IMG/VR virus record: IMGVR_UViG_3300002140_000159
Coordinates: 1-64,000 of that record
Direction: 5' to 3' (one strand)
DNA length: 64,000 bases
Source: a virus
The notes below the pieces were generated by a model that was not told where the DNA came from, made no database searches, and was given only the letters and a program-made list of their open reading frames with translations. Below, one piece after another: positions 38,101-47,241 of this stretch. How positions within the stretch are numbered: the first letter of the stretch is position 1; each line of letters starts with the position of its first letter. The translations under genes were made by a program, and so were the position numbers.

Positions 38101-39171
38101 ATGACTAATGTTTGCGGTACAGGCGATTGGAATGGTCCCAAGCCAGGTGATCCTGATAACAACTCAATACTTTCCGCTTCTCCTGCATTCGGCGGGATTG
38201 ATGTGTCTTGGACTTTACCTACAGTCAATGGCTTTGCTGTAGCCCATGTAATTGTTTACAGAGGATTGCTTGAAACCTTTGATGCTGCTATTCAAATTGC
38301 TGTAGCAGGTGGAGATAGCTACTACGACAAGCTGGATGGTAACTACACCTATTACTACTGGATTAGAATTGTTTCTATCAATGGCACTAACGGTGAATTA
38401 ATTGGGCCTGCTTCAGCAGTAGCACGTCCAACTATTGAGCAGACTATTGAGCAGCTCACAGGTAAAATTAATGAGGGGATCTTGTCCCAGTCTTTGAAAG
38501 CAGAGCTGGATAAGATCAGTATCTTGCGAGCTGATCTACTCAGTGAGATCACAGCGCGTGAGAACAGCAGCATTACGCTGGCTCAAGCATTGGCTGATGT
38601 AGATGCAGGTGTTGCTGTAGCGCTGTCGTTTGTAGGGCAGGAGATCAGCACTCGTACAACCAACGATGCAGCCCTGGCTGAAACCCTGAACTTAACTGCT
38701 GTCACCTTGGGCGACAACATAGCTGCAGCAACAACTGCGCTGCAGACCATCATCACAACAGTGGATGGCAAGGTCACTGACATCGGAGCCTTGTACACAG
38801 CTCAAGTCACAGTCAATGGCTTGGTAGGTGGCTTTGGGGTTTACAACGATGGTGTTTTGGTTGAAGCCGGTTTTGATGTTGATCGTTTTTGGGTAGGTAG
38901 ATCAGAAGGCGATAAGCGCAAGCCATTCATCATTGAAAACGATGAAGTCTTTATCAACCAAGCAGTGATTCAGGACGCTTCGATTGATACAGCCAAAATC
39001 AAAGATGCTGCTATTACCTCAGCCAAGATTGGCTCGCTGGCTTTGGTTGGCTCTGGTAACTTTGCTGTGAAGTCCAGCTTGACTGGCGCACGCATGGAGA
39101 TGGACAACGAAACCATCCAAGTGTTTGATGTAAATGGCACGCTGCGAGTCAAGATTGGAAAACTGGAGTGA
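38101..39171 (+). CDS. tail fibre/tip protein with FN3-like domain and lambda-J-C-terminal-like repeats
   Basis: FN3-like segment GGIDVSWTLP...YYYWIRIVSINGTNGE. C-terminal VNGLVGGFGVYNDG...FDVDRFWVG...IDTAKIKDAAITSAKIGSL. Confidence 0.65.
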   Translation: MTNVCGTGDWNGPKPGDPDNNSILSASPAFGGIDVSWTLPTVNGFAVAHVIVYRGLLETFDAAIQIAVAGGDSYYDKLDGNYTYYYWIRIVSINGTNGELIGPASAVARPTIEQTIEQLTGKINEGILSQSLKAELDKISILRADLLSEITARENSSITLAQALADVDAGVAVALSFVGQEISTRTTNDAALAETLNLTAVTLGDNIAAATTALQTIITTVDGKVTDIGALYTAQVTVNGLVGGFGVYNDGVLVEAGFDVDRFWVGRSEGDKRKPFIIENDEVFINQAVIQDASIDTAKIKDAAITSAKIGSLALVGSGNFAVKSSLTGARMEMDNETIQVFDVNGTLRVKIGKLE

Positions 39172-39452
39172 GCTTAGGCATACAACTGTTTACCGATAGT
39201 GGGCGACTGTACTTCGATACAGCCACTCAAACGTGGAACTACATTGGGTCATTCATTGCGCCTGCAAATGAAAGCGCAGTTGTAAACATGCCAGTTTTGT
39301 CGGTGATGAGTGAAGTGCTCATCCAACGGTCTGGTGTTGACGTTTCTCCTACCAGTCAGGAAGGATTAATCCACGCAGCCTCTAGTAGTGGGACAACCGT
39401 GTCTGCTTCGGGCGGAAATATCCGCACGTTGATAACAGTATTGGGGCGATAG
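39168..39452 (+). CDS. hypothetical tail-module protein
   Basis: GTG start overlapping the previous stop (GTGA). Confidence 0.45.
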   Translation: MSLGIQLFTDSGRLYFDTATQTWNYIGSFIAPANESAVVNMPVLSVMSEVLIQRSGVDVSPTSQEGLIHAASSSGTTVSASGGNIRTLITVLGR

Positions 39453-40394
39453 ATGTACGGTATTTCTGTCAAAAACACCAGTGGGCACATCCTCATTTCT
39501 AGTGAAGTGAACTCACTACACTTTGGCGGCAACGCTACTTTTCAGTCGACGTTGATCAGCGGGCTAACCGACTTTCCAAGCTACTCTGGGGATGATGGCG
39601 GTAACACCCTGTCTGGTAGGCATGTGCATCGTTATGCCTTTGCAAGCCAAGACCCTCCTGTATTTTTCATACAGCCAAGCAACTATGCTTTTAACCACGG
39701 GGTGCTACAACAATTCCAATCAGGAGTTTATTGGTTTGTTGATGTCATCCAAAGCGGCGACTACTCAGCACCCCCAACAGTCAAAGCATTTGTGCCACCA
39801 GCAAACCTTGCGACACCACTACCTGGTGTTGGTGTAGCAGCTTATGACAGCTTGGGCCAAGCAACATTTGACTCTCGTCTGCGGCCTTTGGCTATATCAG
39901 CTGCTGTAACAGTGTTACCTCCTACGCTTCCATGTGATGGAGGTCGTCCCACTAATCAAAGTGGTTACGCCTGGAACGACTCCAATTTAGATTTTAATTT
40001 TAGGTGTAACACCACGTCCAACAGTTACGCGTTACCTGGGCAAGTTACACAAAGTAATCTTATGTTTTCTGGCCCAGCTATTGCGCAAGCTGTTTACATA
40101 CGGCAAAAGAATGGCTACAAAAGTTCCAGCGGTAACTACAGCAGCCAAGACCACTGGTCTACAGCTTTATGGTGGGCCATGTACAACGCAGCTTATCGGG
40201 TAACAGCTACTACTTTGCACGCAGGATGGTCAGTCTATTCAGCTGGCTTTTACTTTTCCTCGACATACGAGGGCGGTGGTTTTGGCGGGGGAGGTGGGGG
40301 TGGTTCAGCTTACGGCAGTCGTCCATTCGACGATAAAACAATTAACTTGTCGAGCAATACAGTTATTGTTGCAGACGCATCGGTATATATCTAA
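39453..40394 (+). CDS. hypothetical tail-module protein (Gly-run near C-terminus)
   Basis: 313-aa ORF containing EGGGFGGGGGGGS. Confidence 0.5.
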   Translation: MYGISVKNTSGHILISSEVNSLHFGGNATFQSTLISGLTDFPSYSGDDGGNTLSGRHVHRYAFASQDPPVFFIQPSNYAFNHGVLQQFQSGVYWFVDVIQSGDYSAPPTVKAFVPPANLATPLPGVGVAAYDSLGQATFDSRLRPLAISAAVTVLPPTLPCDGGRPTNQSGYAWNDSNLDFNFRCNTTSNSYALPGQVTQSNLMFSGPAIAQAVYIRQKNGYKSSSGNYSSQDHWSTALWWAMYNAAYRVTATTLHAGWSVYSAGFYFSSTYEGGGFGGGGGGGSAYGSRPFDDKTINLSSNTVIVADASVYI

Positions 40395-41596
40395 TGAGTC
40401 ACGCTTCTAAAGAAATTGTGTATGTTAATAGCGGTGCTATATATAAAGCTCCGTCTCATAGCGAGTTACAGAATAACTATAGACCAAGCAATAAAGCAGA
40501 TCCCATTTTTCAATTCGAAAAATCAGATGGAAAGAAGTATCTATTTACCTCAGAATTTAAAAGATTTTTTAGTGATACAGATACTGACGGCACATCTTTA
40601 CTGGGCATTGATTTATGCCCTGCTGTTAATTTATGGATTTGCTTAGGAGCTGTTACCTCTAATGAGCGAAGCAACTATGATATTTTCTTTGCTGCAGAGT
40701 CTACGGAGCAACTAAGAAAGGTAGCTGAGTATTACGGTCTGCCATACCCTATATCTACGGAAATTGGTGAGCAGCTTAATGCCGCACCGGAAACAATGTG
40801 CTTTTGGAACGCTGGTGGTTTACCTGTAGTACCTGGGGGTATTAAGTTTATTGACGGTAAGCCCGCGTTGCTCAAGTTGTACACCTATCCCAAAGTCAAT
40901 GGCAGCTGGGATGTGTACATGTATGGAGCAGCCTATTACGCACAGGGTAAGTGCTATGAACGTGGCGCAGTGTATGAGATGTGTACAGGTGGTAAAGACC
41001 TTGATCTGCCTAATGTCCAGATGCGGGGTAGTTTAAGTTACCGCAAAGCTGAAATGATCCAAAGTGAGCGTTTTGATGGCGCTATCACTCACTACAGCTA
41101 CACGCGTAACACCGATCCTGCGATGTTTTGGCAGGGTAATGAGCTGAGCGCTGATGGACTTACACAGCGCACTAAACAGTTTGAAACCAGTATGTGGTTG
41201 CAAATAGCAATTGCCAAACAAAAAAGAGGGGTAGATCTTTCTGATCGGAACCTATGCCCAGATGTGAAATTCTGGCTTGGTCGGTCCTGGTATGAAGGTG
41301 AGGACGGGGAAGAACTGCTATTTGCAGTAACTGGTGGCACAGCAATGCTTGAGGCTGTGGCAGCGTATTACGCTTTACCTGTACCTTACAACAAAGAACA
41401 GGCCCACATTTTAGATACTAAACCTGAGCTTTACCGAGCACGGCATTACGATTTACTTGGCCAAGGGCTTGGTGAATACATTAATGTTGTGGTGGCTAGC
41501 GTCATATTTAAGTGTGGAAAGCCGGAAAAGCTTATCCTGTACACATTTCTCCGTCAATGGGAGTTTGACGAAGAAATCAATTTGCCTATGTTTTAG
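40394..41596 (+). CDS. hypothetical protein with internal two-fold duplication
   Basis: DLCPAVNLW...IFFAAESTEQLRKVAEYYGLPYP...APE repeats as NLCPDVKFW...LLFAVTGGTAMLEAVAAYYALPVPY...KPE. The 5' end is AT-rich. Confidence 0.55.
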   Translation: MSHASKEIVYVNSGAIYKAPSHSELQNNYRPSNKADPIFQFEKSDGKKYLFTSEFKRFFSDTDTDGTSLLGIDLCPAVNLWICLGAVTSNERSNYDIFFAAESTEQLRKVAEYYGLPYPISTEIGEQLNAAPETMCFWNAGGLPVVPGGIKFIDGKPALLKLYTYPKVNGSWDVYMYGAAYYAQGKCYERGAVYEMCTGGKDLDLPNVQMRGSLSYRKAEMIQSERFDGAITHYSYTRNTDPAMFWQGNELSADGLTQRTKQFETSMWLQIAIAKQKRGVDLSDRNLCPDVKFWLGRSWYEGEDGEELLFAVTGGTAMLEAVAAYYALPVPYNKEQAHILDTKPELYRARHYDLLGQGLGEYINVVVASVIFKCGKPEKLILYTFLRQWEFDEEINLPMF

Positions 41597-41718
41597 TTTA
41601 ATAGGATATGTAATAATGCCAATAGTCTTCGGATGACTGACTTTTGCAGGAACCTCCGATCTGATTGCCTTCTGACCTTTAATTGCAAAGGTTAACAAGT
41701 TACTCGGAGTTCCTGCGC

Positions 41719-42048
41719 ATGGCTGAAAAAATTAAACTGGTTCAAGGCGACACACGCCCATATATTAATGTCACTCTGCGCGATGCAGACGGGACTGCTA
41801 TAGACGTGTCTGAAGCAACAGTTAACTTTAAATTCCGTCAAAGCGGATCCGACATTACTCTGTTCACTGTTATCTGTCTGCAACCAGATGGCGGTACAGA
41901 CGGCAAGATTATTTTTAATTTCCCCGAAGGTGGTTTGAACGTGGATTCTGGCAACTATGAGGGCGAGATTGAAATCGTCTTCGCGCCTGACGATATACAG
42001 ACCGTTTATGAGCACCTAAAGTTTTATGTGCGCGAACAATTCAACTAA
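41719..42048 (+). CDS. small Ig-like (BppU_N-like) tail-associated protein
   Basis: MAEKIKLVQGDTRPYINVTLRDADGTAIDVSEATV. The start is moved to the ATG with a GGAG RBS; the ORF-track start is 41683. Confidence 0.5.
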   Translation: MAEKIKLVQGDTRPYINVTLRDADGTAIDVSEATVNFKFRQSGSDITLFTVICLQPDGGTDGKIIFNFPEGGLNVDSGNYEGEIEIVFAPDDIQTVYEHLKFYVREQFN

Positions 42049-42064
42049 ATGCTAGGAGTTCTTT

Positions 42065-42502
42065 ATGGCTGCAATGTCTAACTATCTTGAGAATGAAATC
42101 ATCGACCAGGTATTTCGTGGGCAGGCTTACGCCTTCCCCGCAACGCTACACGTTGGCCTGTTCTCTGCTGCTCCCAGTGAAGTGGGTGGCGGCACAGAGC
42201 TGTCAGGAAACAACTACTCACGTACTCCAGTAGCTGCTTCGCTTCCTAACTGGGCTGGCACGCAAGCTGCAGCTAGTTCAACAACATCCACGGGCACCAC
42301 AGGAACTACGTCTAACAACGTGGCAATTACCTTCCCAACGCCCTCGGCTTTCTGGGGCCAGGTCAATGCGTTTGGTATTTTTGATTCAGCCTCTGGTGGC
42401 AACTTGATGTTCTACGGTGTTTTATCAATCGCCAAGACGATCAACCAAGGCGACACCGTGACGTTCCCTGCTGCTTCCCTGTCGATTCAAATCGACAACT
42501 AA
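42065..42502 (+). CDS. hypothetical tail protein
   Basis: 145-aa ORF in the tail operon. Confidence 0.5.
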   Translation: MAAMSNYLENEIIDQVFRGQAYAFPATLHVGLFSAAPSEVGGGTELSGNNYSRTPVAASLPNWAGTQAAASSTTSTGTTGTTSNNVAITFPTPSAFWGQVNAFGIFDSASGGNLMFYGVLSIAKTINQGDTVTFPAASLSIQIDN

Positions 42503-42505
42503 GCC

Positions 42506-43720
42506 ATGGCGTCTAGCTCTGCCATTGGAGGGATGACGCTTAATGCTTCGCCGCTTAATGAAAAAGCGCCGAGCATTAGCTCCCTTGGGGCAGCGCTACA
42601 TGTTGCCTCTGTTAGCACAGCGACACTGGCTACAAGCTACATTCTTGAAGCCAGTATTCAAAGTACTTCTGTTGCTCAAGGCAGCGTAGACAAAACTTCT
42701 CCGCTTGCTGTTAACGCTGCAGCTCAGAGCAAGTCCACCGCTGGTATCAATGTTGATTACATAGTTGCAAGCGATGTGCAAAGCAATGTTATTGCTACTT
42801 CTAATCTTGCTCGTATTGTTATTCTGCAGTCCGGCTGGTCTACAGCCGCAGTTAACACAAGTCCATTAGGTAGCGCAACGCTTCATAGTGGTGATGCTGG
42901 TGTTGTCAGTGCCGATTCCACAGCTAACGCCACACTAAGTGTTTGGAACGCTTTAGAAGCTTTTGCAAAAGTAGAGTCTTGGGCTTTTGGCGCGTTGTTC
43001 AGCACAATACCTTTAGCAGATCTGGCTGGAACAAGTGCAATCAGCAATGTTGTTGCTGCCAATCTGGCTATTGAGGCTCCACTAGCAGGCCAGGTTGATG
43101 TAATTGCTGTCAGCACAGCAAGTACTTCAGTTATCTTCAGGCTGGGTGCTGTCGCTTTGGTAGATAGCCAATCAAGCGGTACCGTCGTACTGCAATCCCC
43201 ATTGCAAGGTCAGCTGACTACACAGTCTGAGCTGGCAGGCAACATCACGCTGGTGTCTCCTATCGGTAGCGAAATTGTGGTGACTTCAGCGTCTTCTGCT
43301 GGCTTGGTGAACACCATCCCAATGGATGCGGTGATTCACACAATCAGCCGCAGTAACGGCGCAGTAAAGGTGGACTACGTTGTCTCAGGCAATGTCGTCA
43401 CCTTGGTGTCTATGGGAGGAGGTTTAACAAACACTATTCCTATTGACGGTGTACCAGGCACAGGAACAGTCGCAAGTAGTGAGGGTGGCATTGTGCTGCG
43501 CATACCTTTTGATGCTGCTGCGCAAGGCGTTGTAAGCACCGCAGCCAAAGTCCGGAAATTTCACACCAATCCTTTTGACACTATCCGACCTACAGGCGCT
43601 GATGTGCTGCCTTATAGGATTGCCGCCGAGTTAAGTACAACAACCGGCGTCTACGTGAATAGGGCGATAACTGCAGAAGTCACATTAATCCAACCAACTT
43701 TGTATAAACGCGTCGCATAA
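42506..43720 (+). CDS. Ser/Ala/Thr/Val-rich fibre- or spike-like structural protein
   Basis: 404 aa of repetitive beta-rich composition with repeated ...LVNTIPMD.../...LTNTIPID... segments. Confidence 0.5.
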   Translation: MASSSAIGGMTLNASPLNEKAPSISSLGAALHVASVSTATLATSYILEASIQSTSVAQGSVDKTSPLAVNAAAQSKSTAGINVDYIVASDVQSNVIATSNLARIVILQSGWSTAAVNTSPLGSATLHSGDAGVVSADSTANATLSVWNALEAFAKVESWAFGALFSTIPLADLAGTSAISNVVAANLAIEAPLAGQVDVIAVSTASTSVIFRLGAVALVDSQSSGTVVLQSPLQGQLTTQSELAGNITLVSPIGSEIVVTSASSAGLVNTIPMDAVIHTISRSNGAVKVDYVVSGNVVTLVSMGGGLTNTIPIDGVPGTGTVASSEGGIVLRIPFDAAAQGVVSTAAKVRKFHTNPFDTIRPTGADVLPYRIAAELSTTTGVYVNRAITAEVTLIQPTLYKRVA

Positions 43721-43729
43721 GGAGAAACC

Positions 43730-44755
43730 ATGAGCATTAAATTTAGCAACAACGCATCCGCCACGCTGGCAGCTGGGGTAGCCGCATCGGCAGTGTCTTT
43801 GACGTTGACCTCTGGTCAGGGGTCTTTGTTTCCAGCTCTGGCTGCAGGAGATATTTCTTACGCTACGTTAGCCAACACAGCTAACCAGTTGGAGATTGTC
43901 AGAGTAACTGCCCGATCAGGCGATGTTTTGACGGTTGTGCGTGCGCAAGAAAACACCTTGGCTATTGCATTTACCGCTGGCGATAAAGTTGAACTGCGGG
44001 TCACTGCTGCAGGACTGAAAACAATTCAGGACGAGGCTGCTGCTGCAGACTCGGCATTAAAAACAACTGTAGATTCGCGCAATGTTTCTACTGGAACAGG
44101 TCTGCAAGGTGGGGGAAACCTTTCTGCAAACCGCACATTGAGTATTGCAAATACAGCAGTGACTGCAGGTGCTTTTGGCTCAGCCTCAGCGATACCCACT
44201 TTCACTGTGAACCAGCAAGGTCAGTTGACTGCAGCAGGGACTGTGGCTTTGGACTTGTCTGTCAAAGTTAGCAAATCCGGTGACTCAATGAGCGGCAACT
44301 TGACCATGACTGATGGTGCGAACGTTGTATCTTCACAAGGTGGGGACAACGCCAGAAGCACTGGCTTCAAGATGGCAGACGGCCAGGACCTCGGTGAGAT
44401 GAACCGGAGCAACCAATACATTGATAACCGAGTGAACAACTGCAATGGGTACATCAACGCAGGCAACTGCGCAGGCGACTTGCAGTACGCGCCGCCTAAC
44501 GGCAACTGGTGGGAGTGGTATTCGGGCAAGTCGCCTCAAGGTGCATGGGCCAACAGTGGCTCATACGACGGTGCTGGCGGCACAACGTACTCATACAACG
44601 CTGTAAGCGTCGGCTTGAACTACGCGGCTTATGGCTTGAGTGCTGATGAAATTGGCGGCTCTGAGTACACAAGGACGTACACCAACTGCAACTGCGGTGC
44701 ATTCAACTGTCGTACCAATTGCAACTGTAATTGCAACTGCAACTGCGGCAAATAA
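43730..44755 (+). CDS. tail fibre protein ending in an (Asn-Cys)n peptide
   Basis: Common phage-fibre N-terminal domain (SGQGSLFP...YATLANTANQLEIVRVTARSGDVLTVVRAQENT). C-terminus is TNCNCGAFNCRTNCNCNCNCNCGK. Confidence 0.7.
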   Translation: MSIKFSNNASATLAAGVAASAVSLTLTSGQGSLFPALAAGDISYATLANTANQLEIVRVTARSGDVLTVVRAQENTLAIAFTAGDKVELRVTAAGLKTIQDEAAAADSALKTTVDSRNVSTGTGLQGGGNLSANRTLSIANTAVTAGAFGSASAIPTFTVNQQGQLTAAGTVALDLSVKVSKSGDSMSGNLTMTDGANVVSSQGGDNARSTGFKMADGQDLGEMNRSNQYIDNRVNNCNGYINAGNCAGDLQYAPPNGNWWEWYSGKSPQGAWANSGSYDGAGGTTYSYNAVSVGLNYAAYGLSADEIGGSEYTRTYTNCNCGAFNCRTNCNCNCNCNCGK

Positions 44756-44766
44756 AAGGACTTTCA

Positions 44767-45666
44767 ATGAAAAAAATCAAATTTACTGCCGCTGTCTTTG
44801 CACATACAGGTCCGATACCAGCAAATCATGTGGTTCGTTTAGAAGTTATCAACGAAGTTTTGGTGGCTCGCTACTTTTGCGCACAGCCAGCCGAGTTACA
44901 TGATGGTCTTGATGTCCATCTAAGTCTGCCTGCCTTTGACCCAATGACAACGCCTTTGTTGCGCCAGATCATAAAAAATGGGCCTTACATTGCAGGCGAG
45001 GCGGTAACTAACGAACCAACACTTCAAGGTCGCGTGTTTCGTGAGACAGGAAGGCACATTTTTCGCGCTCCGCTGCGCGCTAATACAGTGTTGGGTCATT
45101 GGGAGCGCCAAGACTTTTCCGCTTTTGCTTTTCCGTTTGATGCGGCATTGAATGTCTCTGAGCCTTACAACCATTTTGTAGATAGCGTGTCTGTCAAAGG
45201 CGAAATTGGGCGCAACAGTAAACTGCGTAACGCGCAGACGTTGTTCCTAATGTACGTTGATGAAGCCGATGCTTCTATTAACCAGTGGACGCTGTGTTAC
45301 ATTACTTCGCCCATGTTTTTGCTAGAAGACACCACGCAAGGAGAGTGGGAAGTTGCACCGGCTGGCCTTAACTACTCCGCCTTGCTGCCTCAAGTAAGTT
45401 TGAGCGCGCCAGCCAATGTAGCTCCAGATGGCTGGGCTACAGTCAACGTAACACTAAACCGCGATAACACGCCACTGGCTTACGATGGTGAGATGGTAAT
45501 TGAAGCGGTCAGTGGCTACTTGCCTAAGCAGCGCTTACAAGTGCACAACGGCACAGCGTCTTTTAGAGCTATGGCGTTGGGTCTTCAAAGTGGCGACGCT
45601 TTACGAGTCAAAGTAGGCACTCGCCTGATTTCAGGGATGGCTTCGGTATCTATTGAAGTGGCGTGA
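44767..45666 (+). CDS. hypothetical protein with C-terminal Ig-like (Big-like) domain
   Basis: ATG at 44767 with an AAAGGA RBS. The ORF-track start at 44731 is a TTG inside the fibre gene. The C-terminus has a beta-sandwich-like pattern. Confidence 0.5.
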   Translation: MKKIKFTAAVFAHTGPIPANHVVRLEVINEVLVARYFCAQPAELHDGLDVHLSLPAFDPMTTPLLRQIIKNGPYIAGEAVTNEPTLQGRVFRETGRHIFRAPLRANTVLGHWERQDFSAFAFPFDAALNVSEPYNHFVDSVSVKGEIGRNSKLRNAQTLFLMYVDEADASINQWTLCYITSPMFLLEDTTQGEWEVAPAGLNYSALLPQVSLSAPANVAPDGWATVNVTLNRDNTPLAYDGEMVIEAVSGYLPKQRLQVHNGTASFRAMALGLQSGDALRVKVGTRLISGMASVSIEVA

Positions 45667-46511
45667 ACTTGATGCGCTTTACTGAACTGAGTCGGCAGTT
45701 TGATTTGGAGCGTGCCGCTTTGCAGGTGCGCTCCCCAATTGAGCCAGGAGACGTTGTTCGGGTAGTACTTCCTGTTAGCAGCCAAGCACTAGCTGATGCA
45801 GCTACAGCAGCGCAAGCTGCTTACCCGCTGGGTCAGTTTGCTTCTGTGAGTGGGCAACAAAGCCGTGCTTATTATGAAAGCATCTCTTTGGCGTTCAACC
45901 CCGACTCAGCTATTGAACCTTTGCACAGCACGTTGGGTTCTGCTGCGTTAACTCCAGCAGAGCATTACTACGCTACGCCCGCTACCTTGGTAAAAATAGG
46001 GTCGTTGCGCGATTCCTACTACGACACCTACGGGTTTCGTTTGCCTACTACAGCAGCAAGTAAGGAGTTAGCGTTGCTGACTTCAAAGCTTAAACGCAGT
46101 TTGGTGCGCTCGCGCATGTCGGTGATGCGTGCAGGCAGTGCTACAACTTCCGGGTTGTATTGGGGTTGGCACAAAGATGAGAGCGTGTTTGAAAACCTGC
46201 GAATCAACATTCATGTGACAGACTCGCCTGATCACCGGATACAGGTTATGCGGGAAGACCGCAAGCCAGCGTCTATGGATGACCCTGCTTTGACTGACCA
46301 CCGCTTTGAAGTGGGTTATGGCTATTCATGGGATACCCATTTACCGCACAGAGCTTGTTCTGTTGGTGTGCCAAAGCAAGACCGCACTGCCATTGTTCTG
46401 GGGGTTTCTCCTTGGTTTGACTACGACGCCCAAGCTGATGCTTGGACGCCTAATGAATTTTTTGGACGTAAGCATCCATTTGCAATGCTGCGCGATGGAG
46501 ATGTGCTGTGA
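45663..46511 (+). CDS. cupin / 2OG-Fe(II) oxygenase-like protein
   Basis: WHKDES...LRINIHV ... LPHRACS ... DRTAIVL gives an HxD...H facial-triad arrangement. The start overlaps the previous stop (GTGA). Confidence 0.5.
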   Translation: MNLMRFTELSRQFDLERAALQVRSPIEPGDVVRVVLPVSSQALADAATAAQAAYPLGQFASVSGQQSRAYYESISLAFNPDSAIEPLHSTLGSAALTPAEHYYATPATLVKIGSLRDSYYDTYGFRLPTTAASKELALLTSKLKRSLVRSRMSVMRAGSATTSGLYWGWHKDESVFENLRINIHVTDSPDHRIQVMREDRKPASMDDPALTDHRFEVGYGYSWDTHLPHRACSVGVPKQDRTAIVLGVSPWFDYDAQADAWTPNEFFGRKHPFAMLRDGDVL

Positions 46512-47236
46512 ACGAGTGGCCTTTGCAACTTGCTAAACATCAAGGTCGGTTTGACGACTTGATTTTTTCGCCTCTTGATTTACCTGCTCCTCCTGAAATA
46601 GACGCAGGGCGTTTTGTGCAGTGGATGCAGCTAGGTCAACAGCCTGAGACTTCTTTGCCGCGTGTGGCGTTTGAAAACTTAACTGGGCAGAGCTACCCTT
46701 GGCTGCTGCGTTCCTTAATCGGAGATTTGTCCGCTTTGGCTGAGGCTTTTCCTGAAGTACACCGTTATTTGTTGTGCTTTCCGTTCAAGCAAGTAAAGTC
46801 GCTGACTTTCTTGGCACAGCATGGGACGCAGGAGGTGTTTACACACACAGACTCTGATGACTTGTACGGAATGCGGTTTTATTTGACTGTCAAGAATTCA
46901 GAAGGTCTGCATTTTTTCAAAGCCAAAGAACGCTACGACCATTTTCCTACCTATGCACGCAGTGCAGAAGGGGTGCTTCAGCGAGCGGATTGGGACAAGC
47001 ACTTCTGGATGAGCCAGCCAATGTACGCCACACTTCCTGCAGGATGTCGCACCTTTGTTTTGAATAACTCTAGAGCGGCGCACGCGGTAGCTGCCAATAC
47101 TTGTGTGCTGGGTGAACGCATTGCCGTGTTGGTACGCGGCGAATTTGATACGCAAGCCCGTGATGCGCTGTTAGCCCGGTCTGTGGCAAAACACGCAGCC
47201 CATGCTTTGTGGTTTGACCAGCCGGTGGGGGATTAA
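46508..47236 (+). CDS. Asp/Asn beta-hydroxylase-like cupin oxygenase, paralogue 1
   Basis: VFTHTDSDDLYGMRFYLTV ... FVLNNSRAAHAV ... ERIAVLV. Confidence 0.55.
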   Translation: MNEWPLQLAKHQGRFDDLIFSPLDLPAPPEIDAGRFVQWMQLGQQPETSLPRVAFENLTGQSYPWLLRSLIGDLSALAEAFPEVHRYLLCFPFKQVKSLTFLAQHGTQEVFTHTDSDDLYGMRFYLTVKNSEGLHFFKAKERYDHFPTYARSAEGVLQRADWDKHFWMSQPMYATLPAGCRTFVLNNSRAAHAVAANTCVLGERIAVLVRGEFDTQARDALLARSVAKHAAHALWFDQPVGD

Positions 47237-47241
47237 ATCTT

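Noticed and set aside
44684-44746. AACTGC hexanucleotide tract as a slipped-strand phase-variation switch
   Set aside because: The unit length is a multiple of 3, so slippage cannot switch the frame. The units are interrupted and carry synonymous differences, which points to a selected peptide repeat. Length variation remains possible but is not an on/off switch.
38101-44755. Diversity-generating retroelement or invertible segment acting on tail fibres
   Set aside because: No reverse transcriptase or invertase gene is present. I saw no template/variable repeat pair or flanking inverted repeats by eye, though only a computational repeat search would be definitive.
44731-44766. Programmed -1 frameshift or fusion joining the tail fibre to the downstream 311-aa ORF, whose frame is open from 44731 inside the NC-repeat region
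   Set aside because: That frame has a TAA at 44728-44730, so only the last 25 nt could be used. There is no X-XXY-YYZ slippery heptamer. The downstream gene has its own ATG (44767) with an AAAGGA RBS.
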